Part shown: one piece after another, positions 8,387 to 15,467 of the stretch | Layout of the letters: each line of letters opens with the position of its first letter | How positions within the stretch are numbered: the first letter of the stretch is position 1 | Source: an uncultured bacterium | GTDB taxonomy: Bacteria > Verrucomicrobiota > Kiritimatiellia > RFP12 > UBA1067 | Assembly: GCA_902779865.1 (NCBI GenBank) | Contig: CACZDG010000003.1 | Span: 3,200-67,199, forward strand | DNA length: 64,000 nucleotides | Direction of reading: 5' to 3' | Position numbers and translations under genes: made by a program | Notes under the pieces: model-generated | The model's database searches: none | The model's input: only the letters and a program-made list of their open reading frames with translations | Told to the model about the DNA's origin: nothing

Positions 8387-8584
8387 ATGCCATGGACGTG
8401 AAACTTGAAACACGTTGAACACGTGGAGCAAAATCTCGCGTTATATGAACACTTCGCACACATAGAGCACGGTTTGTCAGCACCCGTGTCAGCACGCGCC
8501 AACTACTAGGGGCTGTTCGCAGGGCATTGTACCACGCCGGAAAACCTACCGAAAAACTTTTTTTAACTTTTTTTCGGTAGGTGC

Positions 8585-8613
8585 TTGCATATGCTAGGAG
8601 TTTGTGGTATCAT
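8585..8613 (+). promoter_or_regulatory. early rightward promoter TTGCAT-17-TGgTATCAT
   Basis: -35 at 8585-8590, extended -10 at 8605-8613, about 30 nt upstream of the first early gene (RBS AGGAGA). Confidence 0.55.
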
Positions 8614-8646
8614 GTTCGGCGTCACGGCAAAACAGGAGAGTTTCAA

Positions 8647-8919
8647 ATGGCTTCAAACAGAGACACCAACAAAAGGCTCAAGGGCATAGGACTGCCAATC
8701 GAGCTTTGCGTCAAGTACGAGAGGTTGTGCGGCATCCCGCCGGGAAGGAAACCGTCCTTCACCGAGAAGTTCCGCGTCTCGGAGGCGATGATTTCGGCGC
8801 TGGAGGCTGGCGTAAGGAACGTCCAGCTCACGTCGGAAGACTACGAACAAATAGCCAAAGAGGTAAAGAGAAATGAGAACAGCCGCAAAGGTAGGGGGAA
8901 CGCCGATGTCGAAGGCTAG
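8647..8919 (+). CDS. hypothetical early protein (possibly ribbon-helix-helix)
   Basis: ORF track, start moved to MASNRD (AGGAGA RBS). First gene after the early promoter. Confidence 0.5.
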   Translation: MASNRDTNKRLKGIGLPIELCVKYERLCGIPPGRKPSFTEKFRVSEAMISALEAGVRNVQLTSEDYEQIAKEVKRNENSRKGRGNADVEG

Positions 8920-9091
8920 CCCCATTTGCTTCAAGTACAGGGGGCGCGTCCTGGCTTTGAGCCCGGAGACATCGCTCAAGATCAGAAAGATCGCCGAGGA
9001 CGGAGGGAAGAGCGTGGACAGCGTTCTTTCCACCCTTCTCGAAAAGGCGCAATGCGTCGGTAACGGTCTTTTTTTGCCCGCTAGGTGCTAG
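8906..9091 (+). CDS. hypothetical early protein, RHH-like
   Basis: Beta-strand ICFKY followed by two helices (SLKIRKIAEDGG / SVDSVLSTLLEKA). Good G/C at third positions. Confidence 0.45.
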   Translation: MSKASPICFKYRGRVLALSPETSLKIRKIAEDGGKSVDSVLSTLLEKAQCVGNGLFLPARC

Positions 9092-9115
9092 CACTTGTTA
9101 GCGAGAAGGAGAGAA

Positions 9116-9331
9116 ATGAAGGAGAAAGCAAAAACGGCAGGGAAACGCGGCGCGGGCGGCGCGGCGGCGGCGCGGGTCGAGGGCGGCGCGAACAAGGTGT
9201 TCGTGGGCTTCTGGACCACGCCGACCATGAAGGCCGCGATCAACACCCGCGCGAAGATCGACCGCAAGAGCGCGTCCGCGCTCATTGACGAGATCATCAC
9301 GGACTGGCTGTGCGGGAGGAGGCGCAAGTGA
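9116..9331 (+). CDS. ribbon-helix-helix (CopG/Arc-like) DNA-binding protein
   Basis: KVFVGFWTTPTMKAAINTRAKIDRKSASALIDEIITDWL fits a strand-helix-helix pattern. AAGGAGAG RBS before MKEKAK. Confidence 0.55.
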   Translation: MKEKAKTAGKRGAGGAAAARVEGGANKVFVGFWTTPTMKAAINTRAKIDRKSASALIDEIITDWLCGRRRK

Positions 9332-9546
9332 CGTGCCAATACTACACCGACCGCGAGCTGGCCGAGCTTCTCGGCGTAAGCGTGAGCCTCGTCCGCAAGA
9401 TGGCGAAGGACGGCCCCTCGCGTCGCGGGCGCGGCGTCCTCGACATCCGGCTCATCCACCACTTCAAGGTGGGGGACATGCGCCGGTGGGACATGCAGGC
9501 GACCAAGAGCCTTTTGGGGATTGCGGATGCTCCGCAGCCCCGGTAA
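9328..9546 (+). CDS. excisionase-family HTH DNA-binding protein (Xis/AlpA-like)
   Basis: YYTDRELAELLGVSVSLVRKMAKDG...FKVGDMRRW. GTG start overlaps the upstream stop (GTGA) and follows GGGAGGAGG. Confidence 0.6.
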   Translation: MTCQYYTDRELAELLGVSVSLVRKMAKDGPSRRGRGVLDIRLIHHFKVGDMRRWDMQATKSLLGIADAPQPR

Positions 9547-9566
9547 ACAAAAACAGGAGAGAAACA

Positions 9567-9974
9567 ATGAGTGAAGAGAAAGAAAATCAGGCGGAACCCG
9601 TTCCGCAGAAGCAGCTGGGCTACGACCCGAACGCCGGGATTGTCAACAGGCTGAACGACACGTTCACGTGCGAAGCCGGTGAGGCAATCCTTGCGGTCAA
9701 GATCACATGCACCGCAGACAGCGAGGGCACGAAGCTCGGCATTGGAATCAAGATGCTCTGCCCCGACCTCAAGAAGGTCAAGTCGCTGGTCGGCGGGTTC
9801 CTCACCATGGCGTCAACCAACGTCGCCAGGGCAATCCGCGAGAAGGTAAGGGCCGAAGTGAACGAAGAGTTCACGCGGCCCGTGCTCATGGCGACCGAAG
9901 AAGAGTTCGCGGAGGCCGTCAGCCACAAGCAGCCGAAGAATGACACGCCGGAGGAGGTGCCTCATGGCGTTTGA
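9567..9974 (+). CDS. hypothetical protein
   Basis: ORF track, start at MSEEKE after AGGAGAG. Confidence 0.6.
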   Translation: MSEEKENQAEPVPQKQLGYDPNAGIVNRLNDTFTCEAGEAILAVKITCTADSEGTKLGIGIKMLCPDLKKVKSLVGGFLTMASTNVARAIREKVRAEVNEEFTRPVLMATEEEFAEAVSHKQPKNDTPEEVPHGV

Positions 9975-10824
9975 CCTCGCGAGCATTTCCAACGAGGCCG
10001 TCGCGCGCGCCCCGCGCATCGTGCTTCTCGGCGTGGAGAAGATCGGCAAGACCTCGTTCGCCTGCGGCGACCGCGTGGCGGACGGCAAGATCGTTGAGTA
10101 CGGCCTCAACCGTCCCGTGATCGTGAGCGTGCGCGGCGAGCAGGGCGCGGACGCGATTCCCGTGCCGAAGTTCCCCGTCGCGCAGTCGCTCGACAACGTG
10201 ATCGAGGCGCTGGCAAGCCTCTACACCGGAGACCACGAGTTCGGCACTGTGGTGGTGGACAGCGTGTCCGCGCTGGAGCCGCTCGTGTGGGCGGACGTTT
10301 GCCAGGAGGCTGGCGTGCAGTCCATCGAGAAGGTGGGCGGCGGATACGGCAAGGGCTACACGGAGGCGCTCGCAAGGTGGCGTCGCCTGCTGGACGGTCT
10401 CGACGCGCTGCGCCAGAAAAAAGGCATGGCCAGCATCGTGATCGGGCACACGAAGGTGAAGGCCATCAACAACCCTGACACGGATTCGTACGACGCCTAC
10501 CAGCTCGACATCAACGACAAGGCGGCGAACCTGCTCTTCCGCTGGGCGGACCTCATCCTGTTCGCGAACACGAAGGTGGTCGTGAAGAAGGAGAACACCG
10601 GCTTCAACGGCGAGAAGAAGCGGGCCATCGACGCGGCGAACGGGATGCGCTTCCTGTACACGCAGAAGCGCCCTTCCCATCCGGGCGGCGGACGCGGCAT
10701 GTACGGGGCGCTCCCCTACGAGCTTCCGCTCGACTGGGCATCTTTCCAGGCGGCCGTGGCGGCCGTCATGGGACAGGCCGAACAGAGTTCGGCCATCAAT
10801 GCTAACGACAACAACAAGGAGTAA
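9964..10824 (+). CDS. AAA_24 / Sak4-like RecA-fold ATPase (phage recombination)
   Basis: Walker A GVEKIGKTS, Walker B VVVDSV. The adjacent DUF669-like gene is the usual partner. Confidence 0.75.
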   Translation: MAFDLASISNEAVARAPRIVLLGVEKIGKTSFACGDRVADGKIVEYGLNRPVIVSVRGEQGADAIPVPKFPVAQSLDNVIEALASLYTGDHEFGTVVVDSVSALEPLVWADVCQEAGVQSIEKVGGGYGKGYTEALARWRRLLDGLDALRQKKGMASIVIGHTKVKAINNPDTDSYDAYQLDINDKAANLLFRWADLILFANTKVVVKKENTGFNGEKKRAIDAANGMRFLYTQKRPSHPGGGRGMYGALPYELPLDWASFQAAVAAVMGQAEQSSAINANDNNKE

Positions 10825-10829
10825 TAATC

Positions 10830-11435
10830 ATGAGTGACTTCGACGAAATCTTCGGGGGCGGGTTCAACGCCCAGGAGGAGGCGGCCAAGGCCGCAGAGGA
10901 ATACGCGCCCATCCCGCCGGGATGGTACGCGGCGATCATCGAGGCGCCGACCGACGGCAAGCCGATGGTGCGCGACAGCAAGGCCGGTGGCAAGATGCTC
11001 AAGGTCGTGCTCAAGATCACGGGCCCGGCGCACGAGGGGCGCAAGGTGTTCCACAACATCAACCTCGTCGTGAAGCCGAAGGACGCCTCGCAGGACGCCG
11101 CCGCGAAGGCGTGGATGGCGGAGAGCATCGGACGCCGCGAGCTTGCGAAGCTGTGCGTGGCGGCTGGCAAGCCGCTGGCAAAGGACTCCGCCGAGCTGGT
11201 GGACGCCGTGGTGGAGGTGAAGGTCGTCGTCCGCAAGAACATGGACGGCTCGCCCGACAACGAGGCGAAGGACTTCCGCAGGGCGGGGAGCGCGGGCGCG
11301 CTGAAGCCGCCCGCAGCGCCAGCAGCCGGATACTTCGTCCCGCAGGACGGCGGCGTTCCGCCGATTCCGGCGGCAGCGCCCGCGCCAGCCGCGCCGAAGC
11401 CCGCGCCCGCAGGCAACCTCCCGTGGATGAAGTGA
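10830..11435 (+). CDS. DUF669-type phage ssDNA-binding protein
   Basis: N-terminal ...YAPIPPGWYAAIIEAP...SKAGGKMLKVVLKITGP..GRKVF pattern. Pro/Ala-rich tail. Position after Sak4. Confidence 0.65.
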   Translation: MSDFDEIFGGGFNAQEEAAKAAEEYAPIPPGWYAAIIEAPTDGKPMVRDSKAGGKMLKVVLKITGPAHEGRKVFHNINLVVKPKDASQDAAAKAWMAESIGRRELAKLCVAAGKPLAKDSAELVDAVVEVKVVVRKNMDGSPDNEAKDFRRAGSAGALKPPAAPAAGYFVPQDGGVPPIPAAAPAPAAPKPAPAGNLPWMK

Positions 11436-11448
11436 AAGGAGCTAGGAC

Positions 11449-11835
11449 ATGGCAGAGATTACGAACGACCCGCGCCTCGCCGAGCTTGTGAAGGAGCTGT
11501 ACACCGCCAAGCAGAACGAGGAGGTGGCGAAGAAGGCCCGCATTGCCGTCGAGGAGCGCATCGCCGCGCTCGTGGAGACGCCCGAGAACGGGAGCCGCAC
11601 GGTGGACACCGGCGTGATGAAGGTGACGGTCAAGCGCGAGAACTCGTACAAGCTCGACGACGAGCGCCTGTTCGCGGACACGTTCCCCGGACTCGTGAAG
11701 GAAGTCCCCGCGTCGTGGAAGATCGACGTGAAGGCGTACGAGGCCGAGCGCGCGAAGGACTCCGAGACCTACCGCGAGGCGTGCCATCACGTCACCGTCA
11801 CGCCGAAGAAGGTCAGCGTTTCGCTGAAGGTGTAG
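11449..11835 (+). CDS. hypothetical protein
   Basis: ORF track, AGGAGC RBS. Confidence 0.6.
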   Translation: MAEITNDPRLAELVKELYTAKQNEEVAKKARIAVEERIAALVETPENGSRTVDTGVMKVTVKRENSYKLDDERLFADTFPGLVKEVPASWKIDVKAYEAERAKDSETYREACHHVTVTPKKVSVSLKV

Positions 11836-11837
11836 CC

Positions 11838-12038
11838 ATGTCAAGCAACACGCGAAACTGGAACCTCAAGCCCGGACACCCGTCCTTCATGACGAAGGAC
11901 GAGAAGGAAAACCGCAGGCGGAGGCGGCGCGAGAAGATGGAGTACCGCAAGCGGCACGGCTGGACTGCGCAGAACGTCTGCGCGAGCCTGGCAATCCGCG
12001 ACGCCATCAACAAGGCCCTCGGCAAGAAGACCGTCTAG
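11838..12038 (+). CDS. hypothetical small basic protein
   Basis: MSSNTRNW... begins 3 nt after the upstream stop. Confidence 0.5.
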   Translation: MSSNTRNWNLKPGHPSFMTKDEKENRRRRRREKMEYRKRHGWTAQNVCASLAIRDAINKALGKKTV

Positions 12039-12099
12039 CGACAGCCCCGCCGCCACGGGCTAGGAAACGTGGCGGCGGGCAAATCAAACAGGAGCGACA

Positions 12100-13368
12100 A
12101 TGGACATCAACATCGAGAGCGAGACGATTGCCCGCATCTGGGAATGGTGGGCGAAGAAGGGACGGAGCGAGGCACCGAGACGCTATCTCGGCGCGAGCGT
12201 TGCCGGGCACGAGTGCGACCGCTACCTGTGGCTGCACTTCCGGGGATTGTTTAGGGAACGGTTCGAGGGGCGGATGTACCGTCTCTTCGAGCGCGGGCGC
12301 AGGGAGGAGGAGCAGTTCATCGCGGAGCTGCGCGGAATCGGGTGCGAGGTGTGGGACCGGGGGCCGGACGGCCAGCAGTTCGCGGTGAGCGCCCTCGGAG
12401 GGCATTTCGGCGGGCACCTCGACGCGGTGGTGCGCGGGCTTCCCGACGCGCCGAAGACGCCGCACGTAGCGGAGTTCAAGACGCACAGCGACTCGTCCTT
12501 CAGGAAGCTGCTGCGGTCGGGAGTGCTCGACGCGAAGCCGATGCACTTCTGCCAGATGCAGATCTACATGGGCATGATGAAGCTCGACCGCGCGCTGTAC
12601 CTCGCCGTCAACAAGGACAACGACGACCTCTACGCGGAGCGCGTCCACTTCGACCGCGACTACTTCAAGTCGGCCATGCTGCGCGTGAGGCGCATCATCG
12701 AGCAGCCGGGCGCGGACAGGTGCGCGAAGAGGCGCGACGACTGGCGGTGCAAGGGATGCCCCGCGCACGCGGTGTGCTGGCACGAGACTGGCACGGTGTT
12801 CTCCAGGCAGCTACCGTGGAGCGACTGCCGCTCGTGCTGCCACGCGACGGCGGACGTCGAGGGCGAGGGCGCGCGGTGGACGTGCCGCCTCGGGAGGACG
12901 TGCGTGATCGGGAGCGCGTGCAACTGCGCCGACCACCTCGCCCTTCCCGCGCTCGTTGACGCGGAGGTGGACACGGCGACGGAGCGGAGCGTGACGTACA
13001 AAATCGGCGACCAGACGATCACGAACGGGCTGGCAAACGGGCAGTTCACGAGCGAGGAGCTTGCGCACATCGGGCGCGAGCCGCTGGAGCAGGGCGTGAT
13101 ACAGAAGATCAAGGACGTGATGGAGGGCGCGCGCGTGGTTCGCCAATCGACGATCCGCGCGCGGATGGAGGCTTACGCGAAGGACGTTCCGCCGCTCTTC
13201 GAGGGGAATCTCAAGGAAATGCGCCAGTTCATGAACATGCAGTGCTGGCAGGTGACGGAGCGCGAGCTGGTGGACGGAATCGGGTACTTCGCGTTCGACT
13301 CGGGCGCGTGCATGAGCGTTGACGAGGCAAACGACAGGGCCGTTGTGCAGAGCGACGTTCCGTTCTGA
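12100..13368 (+). CDS. PD-(D/E)XK Cas4/RecB-like exonuclease with ~200-aa Cys-rich C-terminal extension
   Basis: HLDAV...VAEFKT (D...ExK), QMQIY (QxxxY), one N-terminal Cys plus CKGCPAHAVC (Cas4-type 4-Cys). Confidence 0.7.
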   Translation: MDINIESETIARIWEWWAKKGRSEAPRRYLGASVAGHECDRYLWLHFRGLFRERFEGRMYRLFERGRREEEQFIAELRGIGCEVWDRGPDGQQFAVSALGGHFGGHLDAVVRGLPDAPKTPHVAEFKTHSDSSFRKLLRSGVLDAKPMHFCQMQIYMGMMKLDRALYLAVNKDNDDLYAERVHFDRDYFKSAMLRVRRIIEQPGADRCAKRRDDWRCKGCPAHAVCWHETGTVFSRQLPWSDCRSCCHATADVEGEGARWTCRLGRTCVIGSACNCADHLALPALVDAEVDTATERSVTYKIGDQTITNGLANGQFTSEELAHIGREPLEQGVIQKIKDVMEGARVVRQSTIRARMEAYAKDVPPLFEGNLKEMRQFMNMQCWQVTERELVDGIGYFAFDSGACMSVDEANDRAVVQSDVPF

Positions 13369-13380
13369 AGGAGGTGCGAC

Positions 13381-13533
13381 ATGGAGACGATATACCAGAA
13401 GCTGGTCACGCTGCGGCGCGAGAACGCGCGCCTTCGGCGCATCCTGTCGAACGCGAGGTTCGCGTACGTCGTGCTGTTGTGCGTGCTCGCGCTTGAGCTG
13501 TTAGCGCTGTGCCTGGTGGGAGGTGCAAGGTGA
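13381..13533 (+). CDS. 50-aa single-TM protein
   Basis: Own translation METIYQKLVTLRRENARLRRILSNARFAYVVLLCVLALELLALCLVGGAR. AGGAGG RBS. Below the ORF-track size cutoff. Confidence 0.5.
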   Translation: METIYQKLVTLRRENARLRRILSNARFAYVVLLCVLALELLALCLVGGAR

Positions 13534-13760
13534 GCGCGAGTGTCGTGAAGCGGTGCCGCAGGTGCGGACGCGAGTTCGAGGAACGGAGTTTGAGCCCGTA
13601 CAGGATATGCAATTCCGATGAGGGCTACCTTGAGCACCGATACTGCCCGTCGTGCAGGTGGGCGCAGAAACGCGCGGCCCGCGCGTGCGACCCGAGATAT
13701 TCAGGCGTTGGAGGGCATGGAGACTTCTACGGAGGAGAGTGTCATGGAAACTCTAAGTGA
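13530..13760 (+). CDS. zinc-ribbon protein
   Basis: CRRCG...CPSC. GTG start overlaps the upstream stop (GTGA) after GGGAGG. Confidence 0.5.
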   Translation: MSASVVKRCRRCGREFEERSLSPYRICNSDEGYLEHRYCPSCRWAQKRAARACDPRYSGVGGHGDFYGGECHGNSK

Positions 13761-14094
13761 CATCGTGGCGGAGATGCGGACGCGAAGCCGCGAAGTCAAG
13801 GAGGCTTTTGGCGGAAGGCCCGACGGCGTGGAAAACATGCTGGACATCTGGGCCGACCGCATCGAGGCGGCGGCGAAGCGGGTGGTCGTTTCCAAAACGG
13901 AAACAACCACTGTCGGCAACGCGGCGGCGATGCGCGAGGCGCTGGAGGCACTCATCGCCTACTGGGACTGGAACGGTTTTGACGCCATGCGTGAATCGCG
14001 GCTCAAAGACATGGCCCGCGCCGCCCTCTCCGCGCCGCCGCGCAACTGCGACATGGGCACGCCGGAGGAGCAGGAAGGAGGATTGTCAAAATGA
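13744..14094 (+). CDS. hypothetical protein
   Basis: Start at METLSD after GGAGGAGAG. Confidence 0.55.
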   Translation: METLSDIVAEMRTRSREVKEAFGGRPDGVENMLDIWADRIEAAAKRVVVSKTETTTVGNAAAMREALEALIAYWDWNGFDAMRESRLKDMARAALSAPPRNCDMGTPEEQEGGLSK

Positions 14095-14627
14095 ATGGAA
14101 TCAACCCAGAAAGCATTGACCTGGAAATGGCGTGGCGAATGGCGCATAACTTCGCCTCGCTGTTTCCCGACGATAAACCGTACACCTACAAGACCGACTT
14201 CTTCCATAAGGTCATCGACTTCGACGAACTTGCCGCGATCAAGCCGCCGAAGGGCTACGGCATCGAGGTGTGGCGCGACATCACGATACGCACCTCCTCG
14301 TTCCGTGGGATATGCCCCGGAGCCGTCCACTACTACTGCACCATCAATTTCTACGGGCCTAGCCTCATGCAGGGCGATTGCTCCGTGGCTGGCTATCTGG
14401 GCGGATTGAAGATTGGCAGAATCTTCGGTATGCACCATGTAGACGTGAACAGGCCCGTGACGGAGGACGACCTTGCCGACAAGCGCGCGGACTGGGAGGG
14501 GTTCCGCGTTGGGGACTTCACCCATCGGTGGGACTCAACCAAGGACGCGATCGAGTGCGCGAAGGCGTGCGTCAAGCTGCTGTTCAAGAACTACGGCGAA
14601 ATCACCGTTGACGACGTGGAGGGATGA
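14091..14627 (+). CDS. hypothetical protein
   Basis: ORF track, ATGA-coupled. Confidence 0.65.
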   Translation: MNGINPESIDLEMAWRMAHNFASLFPDDKPYTYKTDFFHKVIDFDELAAIKPPKGYGIEVWRDITIRTSSFRGICPGAVHYYCTINFYGPSLMQGDCSVAGYLGGLKIGRIFGMHHVDVNRPVTEDDLADKRADWEGFRVGDFTHRWDSTKDAIECAKACVKLLFKNYGEITVDDVEG

Positions 14628-14866
14628 CTATGAAAACGGTTGGATTCAGGGTTGACGCGCTGCATGTCATTGAGACGATGGCAGAGCTAGCGCGTGACGA
14701 GGCGGGAGTGTGTGCGCCCGGGATGATTATAGGGCTACAGCTCATGCACGGCCTGCTCCAAAGGGTAGCGGAGAGGGCTGTGGAGTTGAACGACAAGAAA
14801 ATGCTTGAACTCATGGAGAGGCTTCACCTTGTTGAAAAGGTCGAGAAGGAAGGAGGCGCGGAGTGA
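14624..14866 (+). CDS. hypothetical protein
   Basis: ORF track, ATGA-coupled. Confidence 0.6.
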   Translation: MTMKTVGFRVDALHVIETMAELARDEAGVCAPGMIIGLQLMHGLLQRVAERAVELNDKKMLELMERLHLVEKVEKEGGAE

Positions 14867-15018
14867 GAACTGAATGGATATTCCCCAGCATCCTGATCGC
14901 GCTGGACGTGTGCGCCGCCCTTCCGTATGCCTGGCATGGGTGCTGGCGCATGGCGCTCTACTGGGTGGCTGCGGCGACGCTGACGGCGTGCGTGACGTTC
15001 GCGGGAGGCGAGGGATGA
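14863..15018 (+). CDS. 51-aa two-TM small membrane protein
   Basis: Own translation VRTEWIFPSILIALDVCAALPYAWHGCWRMALYWVAAATLTACVTFAGGEG. GTGA coupling. Third positions are more G/C-rich than in the overlapping ORF-track frame (14874). Confidence 0.5.
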   Translation: MRTEWIFPSILIALDVCAALPYAWHGCWRMALYWVAAATLTACVTFAGGEG

Positions 15019-15467
15019 AGAGGCAGACGTGCCCTTTGGGGAAGTACATCAAACGCGGTTGTCGGGGATGCGTGGAGAAGATGGTCTCCGGGTACAAGGA
15101 CATACCGGGATGCGCGATTGCGAATTATTCCACGAGCGGGCGGATTGTGCTGCGCCTGACGTACCTCCGGCCGGACGTGATCGCAAGGCACATCGTGCAT
15201 GACGCAATGGAGCGAGACATCCGGCGCTACAAGCAAGCCCAGGCACGGCGAATCTGTTCGATCATGCGCAGTTTCTTCATAGGGGAAAGGCTACAGCAGA
15301 CGCTCGACATGTGGGGAGACGGAAAGACATTCGAGCAGATCGGGAGATACTTCGGTGTGTCGAAGAACATGGCAAGACTGCGGTTCGTAAGAGCTGTATC
15401 CAGAATAAGGGATTGTGCAAAAAGATACCAATGGCTAATCGAGGAAGTTGAGGACTGCCTATGCTGA
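15015..15467 (+). CDS. Cys-cluster plus sigma-70 region-4-like HTH regulator (candidate late activator)
   Basis: Start at MKRQTC (ATGA coupling). CPLG..C..C N-terminus. TFEQIGRYFGVSKNMARLRFVRAVSRIR resembles a sigma region 4 / LuxR HTH. Confidence 0.55.
   Translation: MKRQTCPLGKYIKRGCRGCVEKMVSGYKDIPGCAIANYSTSGRIVLRLTYLRPDVIARHIVHDAMERDIRRYKQAQARRICSIMRSFFIGERLQQTLDMWGDGKTFEQIGRYFGVSKNMARLRFVRAVSRIRDCAKRYQWLIEEVEDCLC

Noticed and set aside
8410-8420. 11-mer ACACGTTGAAC shared between the left prophage end and 56264-56274, considered as a possible additional recombination or IHF-type site
   Set aside because: In a 64-kb window hundreds of 11-mer coincidences are expected by chance. It has no tandem arrangement or positional symmetry.
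8310-8495. 61-aa minus-strand ORF spanning the left att repeat
   Set aside because: It reads straight through the tRNA-derived repeat and the candidate Int arm sites, with no RBS. It is an artefact of the ORF finder.
14874-15014. N-terminal extension of the sigma-region-4-like gene as given in the ORF track
   Set aside because: A different frame (14863-15018) has much higher G/C at third positions, encodes a plausible small membrane protein, and is stop/start-coupled on both sides. The regulator therefore starts at 15015.
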